DNA of 64,000 nt from an uncultured delta proteobacterium (lineage in GTDB: Bacteria > Myxococcota > Myxococcia > Myxococcales > Anaeromyxobacteraceae): NCBI GenBank assembly GCA_963814585.1, contig CAWFDF010000012.1:128001-192000 (forward strand), given 5' to 3'. The notes beneath the pieces are model-generated. The model did no database searches, was not told where the DNA came from, and was given only the letters and a program-made list of their open reading frames with translations. The position numbers were made by a program, and so were the translations under genes. Shown piece after piece: positions 34,858 to 44,083 of this stretch. Every line of letters starts with the position of its first letter. Position 1 is the first letter of the stretch.

Positions 34858-35313
34858 CTACCCGCTCGAACCGGCGGTGCCGGCCTGCGCCTCGAGCTCC
34901 TTGAGGCGGAGCTTCAGGGCCTTGTCCTTCTGGAACCGCTCGGTCACGTCCCGGAAGACGGCCACCACCCACTCGATGCGCCCGGTGCCGTCCTTGAGGA
35001 GCTGGATGGAGAACTCCACCGAGAGCTGCCGGCCGTCCTTGTGCAGCGCCGGCACGGCGAGCAGCTGGCCGCCGCCGTAGCGCGTCACGCCGGTCTCCAT
35101 GACGTGGCCCCAGCCGCCCCAGTGCCGCTCGCGCAGCCGGTCCGGGACGATGAGGTCCATGGAGGCGCCGATGGCCTCGGCGGCGGGGAAGCCGAAGAGC
35201 CGCTCGGCCGCCGCGTTCCAGCCGCGGACGACTCCGCCACGGTCCGAGACCAGCACGGCGTCGGGTGAGCCCTCGAAGATCCGGCGGGGGAGGTCGTCGG
35301 GCAGGTCGTGCAT
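34858..35313 (-). CDS. Stand-alone PAS-domain protein
   Basis: DAVLVSD..G...WNAAAERLFGF, ALHKDG, VAVFRDVTER. Confidence 0.88.
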   Translation of the reverse strand: MHDLPDDLPRRIFEGSPDAVLVSDRGGVVRGWNAAAERLFGFPAAEAIGASMDLIVPDRLRERHWGGWGHVMETGVTRYGGGQLLAVPALHKDGRQLSVEFSIQLLKDGTGRIEWVVAVFRDVTERFQKDKALKLRLKELEAQAGTAGSSG

Positions 35314-35563
35314 GGCGCCAGGATCGCGCCTCGCCCGCGGCAGCACAAGTCCCGGTCCGGAGGCCCGGGAGCTCCCTGGCCTCGGTCACTGAATCGGTCC
35401 CGGGCGCCCGCCATCCAGGGTCCATCGGACGGGCGACGTCCGCCCACCGGTGGGGGGAGCTGCTCCATCGGGGACTCTCGACGACCCAACCCGGCCAAGG
35501 CGGTTGTATACTCGCGCGCTTTGATGCTCCCCTGCCCGGAGCCCACGCCACGCCGCACCCGAG

Positions 35564-36646
35564 GTGACCATGATCCGCATCCGGCAGCTCCCCAGCCTTG
35601 CCACCGTCGCCGTGTGCCTCCTGGCGCCGCCGACGAGCGCGCGCCCGTCCGCCGAGGAGCCTGCCGCCGCCCCGGCGGCCGCAGCAGTCGCGCCCGTCGC
35701 GGTCGCCCCGGCACCGGTCGCTCCGGCCCCGGCGGCCTCGCCTCGCCCGGAAGGCCGGGAGCTGGGCGGCCACCTCTTCATGCCGACGCTGGGCATCAAG
35801 GGGCCGTTCGCCATCACCAGCTTCGGCACCTTCCTGACGGTGGGCCAGGGCTCCACGGTGGGCTCCGTGACCCTGCAGCTCCCCGGCGGCAACACCGAGA
35901 CCTACAGCGGCAACATCGAGTACGTCGCCATCGGCGGCGTCCTCGCCTACGAGTACGAGTTCCTGCGCGGGGTGTCGGCGCGCATCGCCCTCTCCGAGTC
36001 GCTCTACTCCGGCACCACCGGCGCGTCGCTGGCGGTGGTGGGGACCAACGTGCGCCTCGGGCTGGGCGCGGGGCTCACGGCCGGGATGGCCTTCGGCGAC
36101 TCGGTCCGCGTGTCGGCGGTGGTCGACGCCACGTCCGCGCCGCGCCTGGGGCTGCTGCTGGGCCCGGCCCTCAGGTCGTTCGCCGAGAGCTGCCAGACGG
36201 GCCTCACCGACTGCACCTTCGACTTCGGCCAGCTCTTCCAGCAGAAGAACGTCGTCGAGCTGCAGCCCGGCGTGGCCGCCAGCTGGGCGCCCCACCGGTC
36301 GCTCGGCCTGACCGGCAACCTGTCCTACTCGTGGTCCAGCATCGACACCTCGGGCAGCGGCACGGCCAGCTCCAGCGGCGTCTCCATGGGCGCGGCGGTG
36401 GACTTCGACTTCCTGGGGGTGTCGAAGGTCCCGGTCGGGCTGCAGCTCACCTGGGCCTCGCAGATCCCGGTGACCGGTGAGGACGACTCCCGCTACACCG
36501 ACGTGGGCGGCGGGCTCTTCTACACCGGTCGCAAGGACCTCTCGCTCGGCCTGCAGCTCTTCGTCCGGCGCTTCAAGGTGGTCCCCGAGGTCGAGGTGAG
36601 CTGGACCACGGTGCTGGCCATGGTGGGGCTGCGCTACTACTGGTGA
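35564..36646 (+). CDS. Putative outer-membrane beta-barrel protein
   Basis: Signal peptide, Ala/Pro linker, alternating amphipathic strands, C-terminal VGLRYYW. Confidence 0.65.
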   Translation: MTMIRIRQLPSLATVAVCLLAPPTSARPSAEEPAAAPAAAAVAPVAVAPAPVAPAPAASPRPEGRELGGHLFMPTLGIKGPFAITSFGTFLTVGQGSTVGSVTLQLPGGNTETYSGNIEYVAIGGVLAYEYEFLRGVSARIALSESLYSGTTGASLAVVGTNVRLGLGAGLTAGMAFGDSVRVSAVVDATSAPRLGLLLGPALRSFAESCQTGLTDCTFDFGQLFQQKNVVELQPGVAASWAPHRSLGLTGNLSYSWSSIDTSGSGTASSSGVSMGAAVDFDFLGVSKVPVGLQLTWASQIPVTGEDDSRYTDVGGGLFYTGRKDLSLGLQLFVRRFKVVPEVEVSWTTVLAMVGLRYYW

Positions 36647-37446
36647 ATCCCGGTCCCCTCGAGGCGCAGCCGGTCGCCCTCGACCCGCCCCAGCAGGCGG
36701 AGCAGGCCGTCGAGCAGGGTGACCGGGTGCGGCGGGCACCCGGGGATCCAGAGGTCCACCGGCACGCCGGGGATGACGCCGGCCAGCCCGCCGGCGCACA
36801 CCGGGCTCCCGGCCACCGGCCCGCCAGAGCAGGCGCAGGCCCCCACGGCGATGAGCAGCCTGGGCGCCGGCGTGGCCTCCCAGGTGTCGAGCAGCGCCGC
36901 GCGCATGTTCTCGGTCACCGGCCCGGTCACCACCACGCCGTCGGCGTGGCGCGGCGAGGCCACGAACTGGATGCCGAAGCGGGAGAGGTCGAACTGGACG
37001 TTGCCGGCCGCGTTCAGCTCCGCCTCGCAGCCGTTGCACCCGCCCGCCGAGACCTGGCGCAGCTTGAGCGAGCGGCCGAAGAGCCGCTGCATCCTCGCGT
37101 CGAGCGCGGCGGCCAGCTGCGGCTCGCGGCCCCTGAGCACCAGCGCCTCGCGGGTCCGCGCCGCCAGCCGGAAGTCGCGCGTGAAGACGATGGCCTGCTC
37201 GGGGCAGGCCTCCTGGCACAGGCCGCAGAAGGTGCAGGCGCCGGTGTCGAGGGCGATCGCCCGCTGCGCCGCGCCGGAGATGGCCTCGGTGGGGCAGACC
37301 TCCTCGCAGCTCCGGCAGCCGTCGCCGCAGCGCTCCGGGGCGAGCACCGGCAGCCCGCGGAAGCGCTCGGGGAAGCGGGCCGGCCCGTCCGGCCAGGCGA
37401 TGGTCTGGCGGCCCAGGTGGAGCCGGGTTCGCAGGAGTCCCTTCAC
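36637..37446 (-). CDS. Ehr/Hyf small subunit: 2x[4Fe-4S] ferredoxin fused to a NuoB/HycG-like domain
   Basis: CGDGCRSCEEVCP, CTFCGLCQEACP, GGCNGCE, SPRHAD, GACA, PGCPP. Confidence 0.9.
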   Translation of the reverse strand: MKGLLRTRLHLGRQTIAWPDGPARFPERFRGLPVLAPERCGDGCRSCEEVCPTEAISGAAQRAIALDTGACTFCGLCQEACPEQAIVFTRDFRLAARTREALVLRGREPQLAAALDARMQRLFGRSLKLRQVSAGGCNGCEAELNAAGNVQFDLSRFGIQFVASPRHADGVVVTGPVTENMRAALLDTWEATPAPRLLIAVGACACSGGPVAGSPVCAGGLAGVIPGVPVDLWIPGCPPHPVTLLDGLLRLLGRVEGDRLRLEGTGIHQ

Positions 37447-38968
37447 AGGTCGTGTCCGCAGTAGGAGAGGTTGAAGCTCTTGTTGCACAGCGGAAAGTCG
37501 GAGATCTGCTCGCCGCGCAGCGCCATGGCCAGCCCCATCCAGTCGTGGAACGAGGCGTCCACCACCTTGTAGCGGGCGAACCGCCCGTCGCCGCCGGTGG
37601 ACACCACGTGGCAGAGCTCGCCCCGCCAGCCCTCGACCAGCGAGACCACCAGCCGGCCGGGCGCGAGCGCGGGGATGGCGGCGCGCACCTCGCCGGGAGG
37701 GAGGTCGCGCAGCCAGGTGTCGACCAGCCCGGCCGAGAGGCGGGCCTCCTCGAACCGGATCCAGGCGCGGGCGTGGACGTCGCCGCCCGAGGCGGTGGTC
37801 GCCGGGACGTGGGTGGTGGTGTAGGGCGCGAACGGGTGGCTGCGCCGCAGGTCGAGCGGCAGGCCCGAGGCCCTCGCCGAGGGGCCGACCTGGCCCAGCA
37901 GGGCCGCCAGCGCCTGGTCGAGGACGCCGGTCCCGTCGGTCCGGTTCCTCACCGACGGCGACTCGAAGAGGAGCCCGGCCGCCTCCTCCACCTTCACCCA
38001 GGTCGCCGCCAGCCGGTCGGCGAGCCGCCCGGCGGCCTCCGCAGGGAGGTCGAAGCGCACGCCCCCCGGCACCACCAGGCCGCGGCCGAACCGGTTGCCG
38101 CAGATCTCCGCCAGGGCGTTGAGGTAGTCGGCCCGCAGCGCCCCGCAGAAGCTGGCCGTCGGGAGGTAGCCGACGTCGCCGGCCAGGGCGCCGAGGTCGC
38201 CGACGTGGTTGGCCAGCCGCTCCAGCTCCAGGGCGATGGCCCGCAGGACGGCGGCGCGGGGGGGCACCTCCCGGCCAGCCAGCCCCTCGATGGCCCGCGC
38301 CGACGCCAGCGCGTGGCCGACGGCGGTGTCGCCGGCGATCGACTCCACCAGCACCGTGGTCCGCCGCGTGGGGCCGCCGAGCAGCATCCGCTCGATGCCG
38401 CGGTGCTGGTAGCCGAGCGAGATCTCGAGGTGGAAGACGTGCTCCCCGTGGCACTGGAAGCGGAAGTGGCCCGGCTCGATGATGCCGGCGTGCACCGGGC
38501 CGACCGCCACCTCGTGCACCTCCTCGCCGGTGACGGCGAAGAACGGGGTGTCGCCCGGGAGGGTGGGGCGCGAGGCGGACCGGTTCCAGAGGGGGCGCCC
38601 GCCGCCCAGCGGGTGCTCGTGGCGCACCGGCTTCAGCCAGGGGTGGCCGGTCGGCACCACCCCGAACTGCTCGGCCAGCTCCCGCTCGAAGAGCTGGAGC
38701 GCCGGGCACTCCTCGGCGAGCGACGGCAGCGACTCTCCGGCCACGGTGGCCATCACGCCGACGCGACCCTCGACGTCGTTGGCCAGCACGGCCGTCACCA
38801 GCACCGCGCCCGGGGTCTCCGGCAGGTCCTGGCCGAAGTAGGCCGAGACCCTGGCGCCGGCGGTGACGGCGTCGGCGAGGATCTGCTGGAACTCGGCCGC
38901 CGGCAGGCGCGGGACCGCCGCGCCGTCGATGGCCTGGCCGTTCAGGAGGAGCGGGAGTCGCGCCGGCA

Positions 38969-38969
<1 letters not shown>
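37443..38969 (-). CDS. Ehr large subunit (HycE/HyfG/NuoCD-like) without Ni-binding CxxC motifs
   Basis: FERELAE, VGPVHAGIIEPGHF, GYQHRGIE, ELERLANH, EGWRGE. L1 site reads ESIAGD and L2 site reads FNLSYCGHDL. Confidence 0.9.
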
Positions 38970-40396
<1,427 letters not shown>

Positions 40397-40400
40397 GAGG

Positions 40401-41048
40401 TCAGTCCCTCAGGGACGCCAGCTTCTCGGTGTCGAGCGAGCTGAAGGCCCGCTGGATGTCGAACATCACCAGCCCCATGACGAAGACCGCCGCGAAGAGG
40501 TCGAGCAGCACCCCGACCTCGACCATGGCCGGCATGAAGTCGGAGAGGAGCAGCCCCAGCACGAAGACGCCGTTCTCCAGCACCAGGAAGCCGAGCACCT
40601 GCCCGACCGCCTTGCGCCGGGTCATGATGAGCAGCAGGCCGCACCAGACGGTCCCGATCGAGGTCGGGACCAGCAGCGGGTGCTTGCCGGGGATGGGCAG
40701 GGGCAGGCCGGCGCCGAACCAGACCGCCAGGACGATGCCGAAGGCGCCCAGCACCATGGTGGGCATGAAGCCCACCAGCGGCGTCGCCTCGCGGCTGATC
40801 TTCGACTCCCGCGTGGCCCTCGCCAGCAGCCAGGGGATGCCCACGCCCTTCACCGTCAGCGCGCCGAGCACCAGCACCGCCACGTGGCGGGTCTCGGTGG
40901 CGTCGCCGGCCAGCACCGCCGGCAGGAGCGCCAGCAGGACGCCCTGGGCGGCCACCGCCCGGATGCCGGCGCGAAGGCGCGACGAGGCCAGCACGAACAG
41001 GTCGAGGACCAGGACGAGGAGGAAGAGGAGGTCGGTCCAGCCGGTCAT
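40401..41048 (-). CDS. hyfE: HyfE-like membrane subunit
   Basis: Multi-TM with QVLGFLVLENG and EVGVLLDL. Lies between hyfC and hyfF. Confidence 0.85.
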   Translation of the reverse strand: MTGWTDLLFLLVLVLDLFVLASSRLRAGIRAVAAQGVLLALLPAVLAGDATETRHVAVLVLGALTVKGVGIPWLLARATRESKISREATPLVGFMPTMVLGAFGIVLAVWFGAGLPLPIPGKHPLLVPTSIGTVWCGLLLIMTRRKAVGQVLGFLVLENGVFVLGLLLSDFMPAMVEVGVLLDLFAAVFVMGLVMFDIQRAFSSLDTEKLASLRD

Positions 41049-41057
41049 GGGTCCGCC

Positions 41058-41966
41058 TCACCGGAGCAGCAGCACCAGCGCGAAGCCGGAGAGGACCGAG
41101 GCGCCGATGAGGAGCTGCGGGACCCGCGGCAGGCGCAGGCGAGCCATGGTCGACTCCACCAGGCCGATGGCCACCCCGAAGAGCAGCTGCCCGGCCAGGA
41201 AGGCGGCGAAGGCGGCGACCGGATCGGCGAGGCGGGCGCCCAGCGCCAGCTTCACCACCAGGGCTCCGAACAGCCAGAGCTTGAGCGCCGCCCCGTACTG
41301 GATGAGGGCGAGATCCGGACCGGAGTGATCGAGCACCATGACCTCGTGGATCATGGTGAGCTCGAGGTGGGTGGCGGGGTCGTCCACCGGGAGGCGGGCG
41401 TTCTCGGCCAGCGCCACCACGAAGAACGAGAGCGCCACCAGCAGCAGGGCGGCGCCGTCGCTCTGCCACGCCGCGGCCAGGCCGTCGCCGAGCAGGTGGG
41501 TCAGGTCGAGGCCGCCGGTGGAGCGCACCAGCGAGACGAAGCCCAGGAAGAGCGCCGGCTCGGCCAGCGCCGAGAAGGTGACCTCGCGGGCGGCCCCCAT
41601 GCCCTCGAACGACGAGCCGGTGTCGAGCGCGGCGGTCACGGTGACGAAGCGGGCCAGGCCGAGCAGGGCGGCCAGCAGGGCGAAGTCCCCGGCGAAGACG
41701 ACGGTCGCCGACGGCGCCCCCAGGGGCACCAGCAGCCCCGCCGCCAGGACGGCCGCGAGCCCCACGACGGGACCGGCCCGGAAGACCCAGGTGGTGGTCC
41801 GGCTGTAGACCGCCCCCTTGCCGGCCAGCCGGACCAGGTCCCGCCAGGGCTGCAGCAGCGGTGGCCCCTCGCGCCCGGCCACCCGGGCCTTGACCCGGCC
41901 GATGACGCCGAGGAGCAGCGGCGGCAGGGCCAGGAAGGCGGCGAGCTGGAGCACGGCGAGGGTCAC
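41058..41966 (-). CDS. hyfC: HyfC/HycD (NuoH-like) membrane subunit
   Basis: GREGPPLLQPWRDL, GAAREV, AENARLPVD, LELTMIHE. Confidence 0.88.
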   Translation of the reverse strand: MTLAVLQLAAFLALPPLLLGVIGRVKARVAGREGPPLLQPWRDLVRLAGKGAVYSRTTTWVFRAGPVVGLAAVLAAGLLVPLGAPSATVVFAGDFALLAALLGLARFVTVTAALDTGSSFEGMGAAREVTFSALAEPALFLGFVSLVRSTGGLDLTHLLGDGLAAAWQSDGAALLLVALSFFVVALAENARLPVDDPATHLELTMIHEVMVLDHSGPDLALIQYGAALKLWLFGALVVKLALGARLADPVAAFAAFLAGQLLFGVAIGLVESTMARLRLPRVPQLLIGASVLSGFALVLLLR

Positions 41967-43960
41967 GCCGGTCCTCCCAGCGCCAGCCAGGCCAGCAGGC
42001 CGAGGATCCCGAGCAGGACCAGCAGCACCTTCGACTGGACCCGGCCGCCGAACTGGGCGCGCAGCCGGTCCGAGCCCCGGACGCCCGAGCGCAGCAGCGG
42101 GAGGATGGCCAGGTCCAGGACCGTGTCGGGCATGTGCGAGTCGAAGGCGGCGCGGCGCGGGAAGACGCCGGTGGGCGGCTCGACCCGCGTGTGCGGGAAG
42201 AAGACCCAGCCGAAGCGCAGGACCAGCTGCTCCGCGAAGGAGGAGCCGGTGTACTGCATGCGCGGCGTCGGTCGGGCGAACCCGCAGCCCCAGGTCGGCG
42301 CGCCCGGCTGGGCCCGCCCGAGCCGGAGGCGCCGCCACCCGGCCAGCAGGCCGGCGGCCAGGAGCAGCGCCGCCGCGACCAGGCTCACCATCCAGGCGCC
42401 GCGCGCCGCCTCCCCGGCCGGGCCGGCCAGCAGCTCCGCCGGGAGGCCCGACCAGGCCCCGGCCGCGCGGGTCAGCCCAGGCAGCCAGGCCGCCGGGAAG
42501 AGGCCGATGACCGCGCAGAGGAGCGCCAGCGTCGCCATCGGGGCCAGCATGCTCGGCGCGGCCTCGTGGCCCCGCCCGGCGTGCGGAGACCGGGCATGGC
42601 CCAGGAAGACCGTGCCGAACACCTTGGCGAAGCAGGCGGCGGCCAGCCCGCCGACCAGCGCCAGCGTGGGCGCGGCCAGGCCGGCCAGCGGCGCGGACGC
42701 CGAGCCGTGCCCGGCGACGGCGTGGAAGGAGGCCAGGAAGACCAGCCACTCGGAGGCGAAGCCGTTGAGCGGCGGGAGCCCGGAGATGGCGGCCGCGCCG
42801 ACCAGGAAGAAGGCCGCCGTGAAGGGCATGGCCCGCCCCAGGCCACCGAGGAGGTCGAGCTCCCTGGTCCCGGTGGCGTGGTGGACGGCGCCGGCGCCGA
42901 GGAACAGCAGCCCCTTGAACGCCGCGTGGTTCACCACGTGGAGCGCGGCCCCGGAGAAGCCCAGCACCACCAGCGCCGGGTTCCCGGTCGAGCGCCCCAG
43001 CAGGGCCAGGCCCACGCCCATGGCGATGATGCCGATGTTCTCCACCGAGTGGTACGCCAGCAGCCGCTTCACGTCGTGCTGGGCCAGCGCGAAGGCCACG
43101 CCGAGGACCGCCGACGCCGCCCCGGCGGCGAGCAGCGTGCCGCCCCAGGCCTGCGGCACGGACTGGAAGAAGCCGGTGACGCGGAGGATCCCGTAGATCC
43201 CCGTCTTCAGGAGCACGCCCGACAGGAGCGCGGAGACGTGGCTCGGCGCGGCGGCGTGGGCGCCCGGCAGCCAGAAGTGGAGCGGCACCAGCCCGGCCTT
43301 GAGCCCGAAGCCGAACAGGGCCAGCCCGAAGACCCAGCCGGCCAGCGGCGCGCCGCCGTCGAGGCCCGCCATGGCCGCGAACTCGAAGGAGGCGGCCATC
43401 CGCCCCAGCAGCGCGAAGAGGGCGAAGAGCGCCAGGTTCCCGGCGTGGGCCGCGGCCAGGTAGACGAAGGCGGCGCGCTGCGCCTCGGGCTTTTCGTGCT
43501 CGGTGAAGACCAGGAGGAACCCGGCCAGCGCCATGACCTCCCAGGCCACCAGGAAGAGGATGGCGTTGGCCGCCACGCAGACCATCGTCATCGCCCCGGT
43601 GACGAGGCCGAAGTAGAGCTGGAGCCGGATCGACCGCGCGCCGCGCTCGGCCTGCGGCCAGTACCCCAGGCCGTAGATGGAGGCCAGCGCCGGCAGGCCC
43701 AGCACCGGAAGCACGAAGACGGCCGAGAGGGCGTCGACCCGCATCGAGAGCGACGCCCGCGGGGTGGGCCAGGCCGCCGACCAGGCCGCCCCCTGCCCGG
43801 CCAGCGCCAGCGTGGCCCCGGCCATGCCGAGGGCCGCGCCGAGCACCAGCGTCCCGGTGCAGAGCCGCTGCGCCAGCGCCGGCCGGCGGCGCAGCGCCAG
43901 CGCCCAGCCCCCGCTGGTGGCGGCCAGGCCGACTCCCGCGATGATCAGGAACAGGCTCAC
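41963..43960 (-). CDS. hyfB: HyfB/HycC antiporter-type membrane subunit
   Basis: WEVM, KAGLVPLHFWLPGAH, KRLLAYHSVENIG, GLPPLNGFASEW, TWGCG, MQYT. Confidence 0.9.
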   Translation of the reverse strand: MSLFLIIAGVGLAATSGGWALALRRRPALAQRLCTGTLVLGAALGMAGATLALAGQGAAWSAAWPTPRASLSMRVDALSAVFVLPVLGLPALASIYGLGYWPQAERGARSIRLQLYFGLVTGAMTMVCVAANAILFLVAWEVMALAGFLLVFTEHEKPEAQRAAFVYLAAAHAGNLALFALFALLGRMAASFEFAAMAGLDGGAPLAGWVFGLALFGFGLKAGLVPLHFWLPGAHAAAPSHVSALLSGVLLKTGIYGILRVTGFFQSVPQAWGGTLLAAGAASAVLGVAFALAQHDVKRLLAYHSVENIGIIAMGVGLALLGRSTGNPALVVLGFSGAALHVVNHAAFKGLLFLGAGAVHHATGTRELDLLGGLGRAMPFTAAFFLVGAAAISGLPPLNGFASEWLVFLASFHAVAGHGSASAPLAGLAAPTLALVGGLAAACFAKVFGTVFLGHARSPHAGRGHEAAPSMLAPMATLALLCAVIGLFPAAWLPGLTRAAGAWSGLPAELLAGPAGEAARGAWMVSLVAAALLLAAGLLAGWRRLRLGRAQPGAPTWGCGFARPTPRMQYTGSSFAEQLVLRFGWVFFPHTRVEPPTGVFPRRAAFDSHMPDTVLDLAILPLLRSGVRGSDRLRAQFGGRVQSKVLLVLLGILGLLAWLALGGPA

Positions 43961-44083
43961 CGGGGCGGACGCTAGCGGACTTCGCGCTCGAGCGACAAGG
44001 CCGAACGACGCTGGCTGCCGCATCGCTCCGGCGCTAGACTCCGCTCCCCCTCGGATCCCCGCACTCGAAGGACGGCACGCGCC

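Noticed and set aside
34220..37219. 999-aa protein ending in a cupin domain
   Set aside because: Only the last 121 aa are cupin. The rest overlaps other genes, and the cupin has its own RBS and promoter.
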